From IMG/VR virus record IMGVR_UViG_3300034032_000011, positions 1 through 54,988 of that record: a DNA stretch of 54,988 nt, one strand, 5' to 3'. Below, piece by piece: positions 18,621 through 28,362 of the stretch. The translations under genes and the position numbers were made by a program. Each line of letters starts with the position of its first letter. Positions within the stretch are counted from its first letter, which is position 1. Below the pieces are notes generated by a model. That model made no database searches. It saw nothing but the letters and a program-made list of their open reading frames with translations, and was not told where the DNA came from. Origin of the DNA: a virus (taxonomy: Duplodnaviria > Caudoviricetes).

Positions 18621-19562
18621 ATGGCGGAAACGCGTAGCAAGTCCGAGTTGTGGAACTTGCTTAAGGAGAAGGGTTGGAAGCCACCGGCAACCAAGGCCTT
18701 CGTGCAGTACACGGCAGCAGAGCTGGAGCTGGAGTACGGCACTCTGCTTGCCACCGAGATTCAGTCTGACACTGATGCCGAGCTCACCGCAGCAGAGGTA
18801 GCCGGTCAGCAGCCTGAGGTTCTCGGTACCGAGGAGCAGCTGCAGTTCCTGGCTGAGGTACCATCCGAAGACGTACTCGCCGACGTGGTCGCTCACTGGC
18901 CCGACGACCTCGCGTCTGCAGTCGTCACGGCCCCACCGACCCCTGTGGCCCAGACCCCGGAGAAAACTCCAGAGGTGGCAACCTCCGGTGACTCTGGCCC
19001 CAGTCTGGCAGAGCCACGCCCCGGCGACCCGGACTGGCTCCCAGACGTGCCCCGTCGTGATGAGCCGGACGCCATCGCAGGACTGCGAATCCGGACGCAC
19101 GGTCGCAACGATCCGCTTCGCGTGGACTCGTTGGGTCGCGTCTGGTACCAGGACGAGGTCCGCAAGCCTGCTACTCCGCGTCCTCGAGCTCGCTCCGTGC
19201 TCAATTTCCGTGACCAGGGTTCCAAGACGATCGAGATCCGTAACCAGCTCGGTCTGCTCGAAGAGTCCTTCGAGGTCGCCGGTGACGCGCCGCAGGACAT
19301 GCGCGTCAAGGTGACGCTCCCCTCCTGGCAGGTAGGTATCTACCAGGATCCTCGCCTTCCTTGGCGAGTCCACGTGTACAACAACATTCGTGGCTTCGAC
19401 CGCCTCGATGTTGTCGAGTACTTCGGCGGCATGGACCACGTTCCTGCCAGCATCAAGGTGTTGTACGTGGGCAGTGACCTGTGCTACGACATCATCAGCG
19501 CTCGGGAGACTCTCGAGGCTATCGCCAGGGAGCAAGCGCTCCAGATCGGACGTCAGTACTAA
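18621..19562 (+). CDS. Hypothetical protein
   Basis: GGAGG RBS, TATACT box at about 18571, 313 aa. Confidence 0.7.
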   Translation: MAETRSKSELWNLLKEKGWKPPATKAFVQYTAAELELEYGTLLATEIQSDTDAELTAAEVAGQQPEVLGTEEQLQFLAEVPSEDVLADVVAHWPDDLASAVVTAPPTPVAQTPEKTPEVATSGDSGPSLAEPRPGDPDWLPDVPRRDEPDAIAGLRIRTHGRNDPLRVDSLGRVWYQDEVRKPATPRPRARSVLNFRDQGSKTIEIRNQLGLLEESFEVAGDAPQDMRVKVTLPSWQVGIYQDPRLPWRVHVYNNIRGFDRLDVVEYFGGMDHVPASIKVLYVGSDLCYDIISARETLEAIAREQALQIGRQY

Positions 19563-20200
19563 TGGAAGCCAACAACGCAGCCCCCGAGATGGAGCAGCCA
19601 ACGCTAGAAGAGCTAGCTGGCGGTGACCCCGAGCTGCTCGAAGCGATGCAGAAGGCACAGGGGGGTCAGTGGGCAAACACCCTCGTGGAGATCTGGGAGG
19701 ACACTCTCAACCGCGAGGCTGCTGGCTGGGCTGGGGAGCCCTCGATGGACACGTACCAGGCCATTCTCCAGGCCTGGCCCTTCCTCGGCTACCACGACGT
19801 CGCCAAGGTTCGCCTCATCGCCCTCCAGCTGACTCGCGAGTCGCTGGACGCGCTTGACGCTGCCATCGAGATCTTCATCGCTGGCACCGACAAGACCAAG
19901 GCCACCGTCTTCTCCATGAACGAGGACGACTGGTTCCACAACCGGATGCTCTACCTCGAGATCATCGCTCAGTGGACTGCGCTCGCGAACCAGTGGGGTG
20001 TACGCTGGCGTCAGGCCAACCTGCGTGAGCAGCCCTTCGTGCACGCTGCTGTTGCGATCTGCATCGCCAAGAACATCGGCCCGAACGGTCTCACCGAGCA
20101 CATCCGACACCTCAAGGACTTCCAGTCCTTCGGCGAGGAAGAGCACGCCTACCTGTCCGAGCGGCTGCAGTTCCTGATCGAGGGAGCCGGTGATGAGTGA
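19562..20200 (+). CDS. Hypothetical protein
   Basis: TAATG-coupled start at 19562 (MEANNAAPE...). Confidence 0.7.
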   Translation: MEANNAAPEMEQPTLEELAGGDPELLEAMQKAQGGQWANTLVEIWEDTLNREAAGWAGEPSMDTYQAILQAWPFLGYHDVAKVRLIALQLTRESLDALDAAIEIFIAGTDKTKATVFSMNEDDWFHNRMLYLEIIAQWTALANQWGVRWRQANLREQPFVHAAVAICIAKNIGPNGLTEHIRHLKDFQSFGEEEHAYLSERLQFLIEGAGDE

Positions 20201-21260
20201 TGCTCCTGAGGACCAGATTCCTGAGGGCAAGTTTGTTTCTCAGGTTGACTCACTCTTTGCGGCTGCATTCAACGAGGTCTACAATCCGGAGGACCCAGCG
20301 ACGCCGCCAGCAGGTGGAGAACCTGCTGCTCCTGCTGGAGAAGGAGACCAGGCACCAGCTGCTCCGGTCGAAGGAGCTCCAGGAGCAGGAGAGCCAGCTG
20401 CAGCACCGGCTGCAGGAGTTGTACCCGATCCTGCAGCAGCCCCAGACGGAGAGGGTAGTCCTGACGGCGACGCCGCACCTGCCGGAACTGACCCTGGAGC
20501 TCCCGCTGCCCCTGCAGCAGGAACCCCCACTGCGGCTCCAACGCACGCAGAAGTAATTCCGAAGTTCGCTGAGGCGAGCAAGGCTATCTCGGACAATGCT
20601 GCTGCAAGCTTCCGCAACCAGGCAATCCGAGAGCTGGCAGAGACCCTCCGACCGGAGTACGCCCAGGCATTGGGGAAACACCCCTACATGCTGGTCAACA
20701 CCGAGGTTCCCAATCTCCGTGGCGACGGCAACATCACGATTCGTGACTCTGCCGAAGCCAAGGAGTGGCAGGAGGCCGCTAACCAGCTGATGGAGGCAGA
20801 GATCAGTTCTCGAGTCTCTGCCAAGGCCGACGAGAGCAAGCCCATGATGAACATTCTCCAAGAGAGTGTTCTCCTGTTCCAGAACAATGCTGACCTGGTT
20901 CCGGGTACGGCTGAGTTCGATCAGGACCTGGCCGAGCGATTCGCAGAGCACGCGAAGTCGTTCGAGCACAGGATCAACGGTAAGCTCTACGGCTACCAGG
21001 TGCCCGTCCAGAACCTCGTCAACACCCTGCGATCGAAGCTGGTCGCGGAACGTGCTGCTGCAGGTACACAGTCTCCTGCTGCTACTGCGAGCGCTGCTCG
21101 ACAGGCACAGGCTGCTCAGCAGCAGCGTGACGCTGCAGGGCAGTTCGAGGCTCCCCAGGCAGGGATCCCTGCCAAGGCTGGCAGCGGTGGCGCTGACGGT
21201 GAGAACTACGACCCGTTCTGGAATGCCGCTTTCGGTGGCGCTCCAACGATGAACGTCTAG
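20193..21260 (+). CDS. Possible capsid scaffolding protein
   Basis: Disordered Pro/Ala/acidic N-terminus, helical core, short C-terminal motif. Function inferred from architecture only. Confidence 0.45.
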   Translation: MSDAPEDQIPEGKFVSQVDSLFAAAFNEVYNPEDPATPPAGGEPAAPAGEGDQAPAAPVEGAPGAGEPAAAPAAGVVPDPAAAPDGEGSPDGDAAPAGTDPGAPAAPAAGTPTAAPTHAEVIPKFAEASKAISDNAAASFRNQAIRELAETLRPEYAQALGKHPYMLVNTEVPNLRGDGNITIRDSAEAKEWQEAANQLMEAEISSRVSAKADESKPMMNILQESVLLFQNNADLVPGTAEFDQDLAERFAEHAKSFEHRINGKLYGYQVPVQNLVNTLRSKLVAERAAAGTQSPAATASAARQAQAAQQQRDAAGQFEAPQAGIPAKAGSGGADGENYDPFWNAAFGGAPTMNV

Positions 21261-21271
21261 GAAGGACGATC

Positions 21272-21697
21272 ATGGCACTGGGCAAGGAGGAAATCGAACA
21301 CCGTTTCGGTTTCCACAAAGCAACGATCGAGGGAGCGAATGCTACTCTCCCGATGCACCGTGATGTTCGCATTGCGTTCCGTGAATTCGCCGAGAAGCTC
21401 GATGAGCTACTTCCTGAGGGTCGCGCCAAGAGTGTTGCATTCACGCACCTTGAGGACGCGAGCATGTGGACTCACAAGTCAATCGCTGAGCTTTCTCCGC
21501 TGGTTGAAGAGCCCATCGAAGAGCCTGTAGAGAACAACACTCTCCGTCGCTACGTCGGCAAGTCTCGCGGGGAGTATGTCTACTTCCTTCGGGCTGCCAA
21601 TGGCCGAGTGTTCTACAAGGACTCTTTCGAGCCCCCTCACGAGTTCGAAGTAGACGAAGACCTGTTCTTCCGTCACTACGATCCCGCGAACGACTAG
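21272..21697 (+). CDS. Acb2/Tad1-like nucleotide-signal sponge domain with C-terminal extension
   Basis: IEHRFGFH...R..FREFA..LDELLPEGRAKSVAFTHLEDASMWTHKSIA matches the family pattern (RF.YH...P.gREkSlA.TkLEEa.MWan.aIA). Confidence 0.65.
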   Translation: MALGKEEIEHRFGFHKATIEGANATLPMHRDVRIAFREFAEKLDELLPEGRAKSVAFTHLEDASMWTHKSIAELSPLVEEPIEEPVENNTLRRYVGKSRGEYVYFLRAANGRVFYKDSFEPPHEFEVDEDLFFRHYDPAND

Positions 21698-21701
21698 TAG
21701 C

Positions 21702-23210
21702 ATGGCCACGACCTTCCCGCGCTTCTACGTACCGCGGCCATACCAGCGAGAGCTCCACGACATGTGGAGAGACTATCGCGTTGGTGTGGCTGTGTTCCCT
21801 CGACAGAGCGGGAAGGACGTGGCTGCTTCTATGGAGCAGTGTCAGGCACGTCTGAAATACCCCAAGACCCTGGGCGTGTACGTAGCGCCCGACCGTCCCT
21901 CGATCAAGAACATTCTGTGGGACAAGACTTACTTCGACCCTGAGTCGCAGCAGCAGATCCAGATGCTCCAGGACAACGTCCCTCAGGATCTTGTTCGCTG
22001 GGCCAACACTGACCTTGAGGGTCGATTCAGCAACAAGAGCATGCTTAAGCTCCAGGGCTGGTTCCAGTCTGGTCGAAACGAAAACGGTGTAGGAACCGCA
22101 TTCCGCGACTACACGTTTACTGAGCTGTCTCTGTTCACGCGAGAAGACCCTATTCCTCGTCTGATGCCTATCATCACGTCTGAGAACGAGGGTGATCCCA
22201 AGCGACTCATGGCCGTCGCTACCCCTCGTGGCAAGCGGAACAACCCGCTGTGGAAGCTGATGGAGTCACTCAAGGGTGACGAGAACTTCAAGGTACTGAT
22301 TCGTACCATCGACGACCTCAACGAGATGATGCGCAAGGAGGGTCTCCCTCCAGTCCGCAGCGAAGAGCAGCTTGAGAAGGACAGAGACTCGTACCTCCGT
22401 CGCTTCGGCAACGCTCGCATGTTCGAGCAGGAGTACTACGTCTCCTTCGAAGAGATGGATGCGGCGGCGGTCTATGGCGAGGCCCTCGCTAAGATGCTCC
22501 AGGAGCGTCGTAACGAGCCCTTCAACCTGAACCCTGCTCACCCTGTCTACATCATGTTTGACATCGGAGCCTCGGGTAAGCACTCAGACGCTACTGCCTG
22601 GATTGCCTTCCAGTGGTACAACCAGAAGCTCTTCATATACGACGCCGGAGAGGGGCATGGCAAGGCCCTGCCTGAGTATGTAGACATTCTCCAAGAGAAG
22701 CCGTACTTCAACAAGATCGCCTACATGATCCTACCGTGGGACGCCAACCACCACGAGAAGGCTGTCAACACTACTCCAGCCGACATGATGCGGGAGCGGT
22801 TTCCGAACATCGCAGTACTCGCTCGTGGTACCAACATCTGGACTGCGCAGGGTCTGCCGACCGGCAACGAAGCCGACCTCATCACCATGGTGCAACAGGT
22901 ACGACTCCAGATGTACAACACGTACATCAACGGTATTCCGGATGACGAGAAACTGAACCTGCTGCGGCTGACGAAGCCCAATGCTGACCTCGTCATCGAG
23001 TGCATGGAGAACTACAAGTACCGCTACGACAACGTCAAGCAGGAGTGGACCCCGTACCCTGTCCACGACAAGTTCTCTCACATCATGGACTGTGTCCGCT
23101 ACGCTGTACAGGCTACTCAGGAGATGGACTTCTTCGGTGGCAGTCCGTATGACGATCACAAGGCTTCTACCACGAACGAGTACACACAGGATTGGGCTGG
23201 CCAATGGTAA
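21702..23210 (+). CDS. terL: Terminase large subunit
   Basis: PRPYQ, Walker A-like PRQSGKD, ATPRG motif III, FEQEYYVSF, nuclease FDIG...SDATA and HDKFSHIMDCVRY. Confidence 0.9.
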   Translation: MATTFPRFYVPRPYQRELHDMWRDYRVGVAVFPRQSGKDVAASMEQCQARLKYPKTLGVYVAPDRPSIKNILWDKTYFDPESQQQIQMLQDNVPQDLVRWANTDLEGRFSNKSMLKLQGWFQSGRNENGVGTAFRDYTFTELSLFTREDPIPRLMPIITSENEGDPKRLMAVATPRGKRNNPLWKLMESLKGDENFKVLIRTIDDLNEMMRKEGLPPVRSEEQLEKDRDSYLRRFGNARMFEQEYYVSFEEMDAAAVYGEALAKMLQERRNEPFNLNPAHPVYIMFDIGASGKHSDATAWIAFQWYNQKLFIYDAGEGHGKALPEYVDILQEKPYFNKIAYMILPWDANHHEKAVNTTPADMMRERFPNIAVLARGTNIWTAQGLPTGNEADLITMVQQVRLQMYNTYINGIPDDEKLNLLRLTKPNADLVIECMENYKYRYDNVKQEWTPYPVHDKFSHIMDCVRYAVQATQEMDFFGGSPYDDHKASTTNEYTQDWAGQW

Positions 23211-23539
23211 AGAAACTAGACCGTCACAAGACGATCAAGGAGGCTCTCGAGTACGTAGCAGCCAACCCAGACGCTCCTGACAAGGCTCCCTTGGACATGG
23301 AGATCTGGGAGATCGTGGCCAGGAACCTGTTCCTGATCGCGAACAAGCCCGACCCCCGAATCATGGGCAGCATGGCTCGGGCCACGAGAGCTCAGAAGAT
23401 CATCATGAACCGGACCACTGGTACCCGCCGTACGGGTACGCATCCGGCTGTCCGCTCTGAGGAGAAGGTCGTGTTCACAGACCTGACCACAGCTGCACTG
23501 GCCTCGAAGCCAGAGGAAGAGACCACGACCAATGTTTGA
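23204..23539 (+). CDS. Hypothetical protein
   Basis: Overlaps the terL stop, coding-like bias. Confidence 0.6.
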   Translation: MVKKLDRHKTIKEALEYVAANPDAPDKAPLDMEIWEIVARNLFLIANKPDPRIMGSMARATRAQKIIMNRTTGTRRTGTHPAVRSEEKVVFTDLTTAALASKPEEETTTNV

Positions 23540-23852
23540 TCCAGACGACGACTTCGTAATCATCGATGACAACATCGGTACAGAGGTAGTACGCAAGCTA
23601 CGGAGCGAGATTCCCCAGGATCACCGAGTCTCGAACGACTCTAGGCTGGTCTGGCTCTGGTCTCAGCGACTGGCTACCGTGCAGAGCATCATGGTCAACT
23701 CGCCAGACGTCATGGACGTCATGGCCGCCACGCTGGTCATCGGAGCGACGATGGCTAACTATCTACCGTCGATAGAGCTTCTGCTGCAACGTCTTGAAGG
23801 TGGCGCAGTAGATGATCAGACAGTGGTGGAAGAGGGCTCGATGCCCGTATAG
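23532..23852 (+). CDS. Hypothetical protein, last gene of the rightward arm
   Basis: Overlapping start, 106 aa. Confidence 0.6.
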   Translation: MFDPDDDFVIIDDNIGTEVVRKLRSEIPQDHRVSNDSRLVWLWSQRLATVQSIMVNSPDVMDVMAATLVIGATMANYLPSIELLLQRLEGGAVDDQTVVEEGSMPV

Positions 23853-24108
23853 TCCGGGGTAGCGGTCGAGTGTTAGCATGCACTCTCTTAATTGCTACCT
23901 TGGCCGGGCTGAGGCATGGGCCACAGTCACAACCAGCATCATGCCAGTATAGCTCGGCTACGGAATAGGTCTCGGGGAGCTCGCCTCTAGCGTCGTCCGG
24001 TAGGACGACTACTGGATTCTCCCTCTCCTTAATTCTTCTGACTCTATCATTCTCTACTTGACGGTGACGAGCGTACCACTTCTCGTAACCGGGATCCGTC
24101 TTCCTCAT
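23755..24108 (-). CDS. Hypothetical protein with HxxxCxCxxC motif
   Basis: ATGA overlap with the 24105 gene (MRKTDPGYEKW...HDAGCDCGPC). Confidence 0.5.
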   Translation of the reverse strand: MRKTDPGYEKWYARHRQVENDRVRRIKERENPVVVLPDDARGELPETYSVAELYWHDAGCDCGPCLSPAKVAIKRVHANTRPLPRTIRASSPLPPLSDHLLRHLQDVAAEALSTVDS

Positions 24109-24665
24109 ACCTCGAGAGTCCCCTCGCTCCACTCCACCTGTAGCACGATGGTAGCGGGCTTCTTGTCCTTGACTCGGAACGATGGACGTACCGTGTACGC
24201 CTTTCCGACGTGGCGACCAGCAATGGTGGTCTTCCGGGGTGTGCCGAAGTACGCCAGGAGGATAGCGTTGATGTGACGCAGGTGAGCATTGGCGCTGCCC
24301 CAACGGGCACCACCCCGCCACACCTCAGGGTCCACACCCTCTGCCTTCGCGAGCTCAGCCAGCGACACGCCGGTAGCCCACTCATAGACCATGGCCCCTG
24401 TCACTTTATGGCCAAAGTCACCATTCAGCTTCGACAGAAACTTCCGGACTTCGCGCTCCCAAGCGATGCGTCGAGGATCCTCCTTGATAACGAGGTCTGC
24501 TCGCGTGAGCGGTAGCCGACCTCGCTTCTCCTCATCGAGCATGAGCTCTTCCACGTCGGTAGCGACCTTGGCGCTCGTAGCCGTGCTAGTGAAGCGAGCC
24601 AGGTGTGACGGGTCAAACTGTTCTTGAAGCTTCTTGTGCAGCTCAGCTGCAGTCGTATCTGGCAT
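24105..24665 (-). CDS. Hypothetical protein, possibly DNA-binding
   Basis: AGGAGG RBS and its own TATAAT at 24684-24689. Confidence 0.7.
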   Translation of the reverse strand: MPDTTAAELHKKLQEQFDPSHLARFTSTATSAKVATDVEELMLDEEKRGRLPLTRADLVIKEDPRRIAWEREVRKFLSKLNGDFGHKVTGAMVYEWATGVSLAELAKAEGVDPEVWRGGARWGSANAHLRHINAILLAYFGTPRKTTIAGRHVGKAYTVRPSFRVKDKKPATIVLQVEWSEGTLEV

Positions 24666-24699
24666 TTTGCCCTCCTAGTTCCAATTATATCGCGTGTTG

Positions 24700-24740
24700 A
24701 AAAGAAAAGGGTGACTCCCCGAAGAGAGCCGCCCTTTTCT
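24700..24740 (-). terminator. Intrinsic terminator after the prim-pol gene
   Basis: Minus strand AAAAGGGCGGCTCTC-TTCG-GGGAGTCACCCTTTTCTTTT. Confidence 0.75.
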
Positions 24741-25551
24741 ATGAGTAACGCTGAATGTGGTTGATGATGCCAGTCATCTCCCGCTGATCCATTCCCAGCT
24801 GGTCGCCCCTAGCTCGGAGCAAGTCCGGCCAGCCCTTGACGTTGTACTTGAACAGTCCACACCCGATCGCATACAACGACTGGTTGCGACGTCCCGCAGG
24901 GATGGGCTTGGCCAGCCGCTCCAGGATCTGTTCCTGAGCTATAGCCAGGTCCTCACCAGACAGGTCTGTACCCTTGTAGGCCAGAGCTAGCTCCTTGGTC
25001 ACCTTCTTCTGCTCCAAGAGCTTCCGTAGTGTCCTCGGCAAGGGGGCCATGTCCAGATTGTTCCAGCGCTGCTGCGAGTAGTGGTACACAATACCCACCG
25101 AACGAATGTCTACCCCAGGAATGAGGCCGTTCGCGTCCGGGAAGTCGGCGAAGCCCTTCTCAGGATCCCACAACGATTCCGGTACAGAGTAGAACAGGTG
25201 GTACCCGTTCCCACTCTTGCTAGCCTCTGCCTTAGTCTCCGGCAACCGCAGGATACTGCTGGCCTGGATACCACCGTTCTTACCGTCGATGTCACAGCAG
25301 ATAGCAGGAACGCTTCGCATGATGATACCGAACGGATAACCTGCCTTGAACTCACTGAGGATTCTCGCGGGCTTGAACTTGCCACGCTGAAAATTTTCCA
25401 TGAACCGTGTCTGGCCCCAGCCGGACTGAGTTTTGAGCTCACCGTTCTGGTCCTCCAGCACCCTCGTGAGGGCCAAGCTCTCTCCCCAGTCATAGCTGCC
25501 CAGGGGGTCTGGGTCTGTGTACTGCTCAGTCGTCTCGAACCACTGCTTCAT
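24739..25551 (-). CDS. Bifunctional DNA primase/polymerase (Prim-Pol)
   Basis: DIDGKNGG, SKSGNGYHLFY, GVDIRS motifs. C-terminal GRRNQSLY PriCT-like region. Confidence 0.85.
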   Translation of the reverse strand: MKQWFETTEQYTDPDPLGSYDWGESLALTRVLEDQNGELKTQSGWGQTRFMENFQRGKFKPARILSEFKAGYPFGIIMRSVPAICCDIDGKNGGIQASSILRLPETKAEASKSGNGYHLFYSVPESLWDPEKGFADFPDANGLIPGVDIRSVGIVYHYSQQRWNNLDMAPLPRTLRKLLEQKKVTKELALAYKGTDLSGEDLAIAQEQILERLAKPIPAGRRNQSLYAIGCGLFKYNVKGWPDLLRARGDQLGMDQREMTGIINHIQRYS

Positions 25552-26917
25552 CGTCTGAGGATCCTCCCTCCAGGGTGTTGAGTGCTCTCCACGTGTCCGG
25601 TAGGATTCTACCGAGCACCTTGCGCGTGATCGGTTTCCCTCCCTCTCGCTTTGTCTTGCGCTCGATCACGAAGTGATCAGCCAGCTGCTCCCAGATTGCT
25701 GTGACCGTACGGTCCCCGTAGTTCTGACTAGCCAACCAAGGTTGGAGAGCCGCGACAAACGTGTCTGCAGGGTACTTACCACCCTTGATTTCTTCGATGA
25801 ACCCTGGAGTCGTCCTGTTCGTTGCCTCAATGAAGGCTAGGATAGGACTACGCTCCAGGTCGTTGTTGATCTGCAGGTCTTGACTACCCTCGGTCAGCTT
25901 GAGCTTGCTCGAGATGGACAGCTCGTCCACCCAGTGCTCCCAGAGCAGTGTCAGGAAGGCGTCCATCATTCGATCACTCGTCATGACGTGCTCGAACATG
26001 AGATCCTTCTCGTACACGTTCGGGAAGTGGAACCTCACCAGTCGCTTCTGCAGCGCACTGGACTTGTCCCTCGCCTTCGGCTCCTTCTGCAGCGCCTCAA
26101 TGAAGAGTGCATTGGTCTGAACCGTGAACGGCTGGTTCTCGAACTTGAGTTCAATGTCCAGCGGCTCCCCAGCAGTCAGAGTCTTCTCAGGCCCTGACTC
26201 CGCGATGTAGCTCATCGGTCCATCGAAGACGATGTTGGCCAACCGATTGTTGAGCGTCGCGATGATTGCTCGCCGAGCAGCGATGTCCTGTCGGAGTACG
26301 CCACTGACGTTGCCCTTGCCGAGCAGCTTGCGGAACATCGCCAGCAGTAGACCCTTACCGTTTCGCCCTACTCCCAGCAGGAGCAGGTACTTGACGGCTG
26401 CCCACCCCGGCTGGAGAGCCGTAGACAGGTGGTACAGCAGTGAGTGTGCCTGATCGGCGTCGCCGGTCCACTCCGTGATGACTCGGAAGAGCTGCTTAAC
26501 CTCAGCGTACTCTTCCTCGTCCTTGCTGATGATGCGGTGGTTGATGAAGTTCGGGGTGAAGCCCTCCTTCTCGACCTCGATCAGACCGTGGTCGGTGAGG
26601 TAGGCTAGCCCGTCGTTGTGCTTGACCATGACATATGGGAGCGCCTCCTTGATTCGAGTCGACCCTTGTCTGATCATGTACTTGAAGCTCGCGAACTCAT
26701 TGGGATTCGCGAACAGCATGTCGAGCCCTCTAGCGATGTCCATGAGGTCATCGTCTGTCTGTTCTATCCAGACAGCCCTGTTAGGTTCGGGGTACGCTTC
26801 GCCTGTCTCGAAGTCTCGAGCCTCGTACACCACACCGTGGTAAGTGACGAGATTCATAGACGTTGAGACTGCAATAGCTAGGGCAGCGATGTCGCCCTTA
26901 GTATGTAGTCTTGGCAT
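25526..26917 (-). CDS. D5-like SF3 replicative helicase
   Basis: LLLLGVGRNGKG Walker A, EKTLTAGEPL..ELKF, ALQKRLVRFHF. Confidence 0.85.
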   Translation of the reverse strand: MPRLHTKGDIAALAIAVSTSMNLVTYHGVVYEARDFETGEAYPEPNRAVWIEQTDDDLMDIARGLDMLFANPNEFASFKYMIRQGSTRIKEALPYVMVKHNDGLAYLTDHGLIEVEKEGFTPNFINHRIISKDEEEYAEVKQLFRVITEWTGDADQAHSLLYHLSTALQPGWAAVKYLLLLGVGRNGKGLLLAMFRKLLGKGNVSGVLRQDIAARRAIIATLNNRLANIVFDGPMSYIAESGPEKTLTAGEPLDIELKFENQPFTVQTNALFIEALQKEPKARDKSSALQKRLVRFHFPNVYEKDLMFEHVMTSDRMMDAFLTLLWEHWVDELSISSKLKLTEGSQDLQINNDLERSPILAFIEATNRTTPGFIEEIKGGKYPADTFVAALQPWLASQNYGDRTVTAIWEQLADHFVIERKTKREGGKPITRKVLGRILPDTWRALNTLEGGSSDDEAVVRDD

Positions 26918-26973
26918 TATTAACCTTTCCCGGCGGCAGGGGGTGGGAGAGAATACTCCCACCCCCGATACAA

Positions 26974-27105
26974 CTAGTCACAGAGTGACTTGAGCAGAGC
27001 CTCTTTCTGGAGATACTCGTCTCGTGCCTCCGGAGTGATGTCGACGGTAGCTACTCCGTCGAACAGTTCCTCGAGGACTTTCTCGATCTTTTCTTTCTTG
27101 TCCAT
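26974..27105 (-). CDS. Small 43-aa hypothetical protein (not in ORF track)
   Basis: AAGGA RBS, MDKKEKIEKVLEELFDG...; a GC hairpin follows at about 26938-26966. Confidence 0.55.
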   Translation of the reverse strand: MDKKEKIEKVLEELFDGVATVDITPEARDEYLQKEALLKSLCD

Positions 27106-27135
27106 GATAGTGGGTTCCTTGTATTCTCTGCGCTA

Positions 27136-28362
27136 CTAGTTCTGTATGGCTTCCACTATGGTTACAATTGTATCACGTTCGTAGTCCCCTCGTGGGAGAA
27201 CTCGACCAATGATCTGACGGCGTAGGGAGTCATCGTTCGTGTCATCGACAATGATCAGATGATCACAAGCCCTATCGATGTCGTCTACCCCCGTAGCCAG
27301 TGCCGATGTTCCTGTCAGGACTGCTGGACCATCGAAGAGCACAAAGATCTGCTTGGCTCGCTCGATGTTGGCTTTCGCCGTGTCTCCAGTTATCAGGACC
27401 GAAACGAAGGCGCTCTGATCCATGAACGTCTGGTGAATCGCCTTGGCTATCACCTTGTCTGTGGAGTAGAGCAGGAACTTCTGTGCCGACTGCTCATCGA
27501 TGTAAGCTCGAAGGTCTTCCCAGACCTCGGGACGAAGAGAGATCTCCTCATCCTCAAGCATGACGAGCTTCCGTCGTGCCCAGCTAGCTTCCATCTGACT
27601 GGCCATGATCCTGTGATGTCGAGCATCGTAGCCGAGCTCGTCGAACACAGTGGGATCGAACGGCGTGGACACCGCCAACGTGCGTGGCGTCCACTTCGCT
27701 TCATCCTCCAGGAACGCCGTGTACGGCTGGCTACTCAGGTAGTCAGCCGCGCTCTCGTAGTCCTTGAAACCAAGGACGTCTGGTGTGCTGGCAAAGGGAT
27801 TAGTCTTTGTCTCGCACATGTTCATGATCCAGCCCAGGAAGTCGCCATGCACTCCTGGCTCCAGGACGTGTGCCACGTTGTAGCACCGGTCAGCATCATT
27901 GTAGTTCGGGGTAGCCGAACACAAGATGATGGCCGGGAACTTGACAGCCATACGGTCGAGCTTCTTGAACCCTACACCGTTGTGCTTGCCCAGCATGTGG
28001 AACTCGTCCACGATCAGAGGAACCTCTCGCGGTAGCTTGGTCCCCTTATCCCTGAACTTCTGGTGACTCATGACGAGGATCTCCAGCCCCAGTGTAGCAG
28101 CGTCTCGCTCCCACCCGACGTGAGTCTTGGGTGGAGCAATGACACAGACCTTCTTGAAGCCTGCCATAGCAATCATGGTCAGAGAGATCTTGGTCTTGCC
28201 CTTGCCTGTGGGGTAGAACAGCAGCAACCTGCCGTCTGTCCTACCCCGCCAGATCTGGAAGGCTGCTTCCTGGTTCGGCGTCCAACGCTTGAACTTCGGG
28301 TCCACCAGTGAGAACTGGTAGGCCGCCTCCGTCGTGTCCACTAGAACGGCTTCTGAGGGCAC
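27136..28362 (-). CDS. Superfamily 2 (DExH) helicase
   Basis: PTGKGKT, IVDEFH, SATP, QIIGRVLPR motifs. Confidence 0.88.
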   Translation of the reverse strand: MPSEAVLVDTTEAAYQFSLVDPKFKRWTPNQEAAFQIWRGRTDGRLLLFYPTGKGKTKISLTMIAMAGFKKVCVIAPPKTHVGWERDAATLGLEILVMSHQKFRDKGTKLPREVPLIVDEFHMLGKHNGVGFKKLDRMAVKFPAIILCSATPNYNDADRCYNVAHVLEPGVHGDFLGWIMNMCETKTNPFASTPDVLGFKDYESAADYLSSQPYTAFLEDEAKWTPRTLAVSTPFDPTVFDELGYDARHHRIMASQMEASWARRKLVMLEDEEISLRPEVWEDLRAYIDEQSAQKFLLYSTDKVIAKAIHQTFMDQSAFVSVLITGDTAKANIERAKQIFVLFDGPAVLTGTSALATGVDDIDRACDHLIIVDDTNDDSLRRQIIGRVLPRGDYERDTIVTIVEAIQN

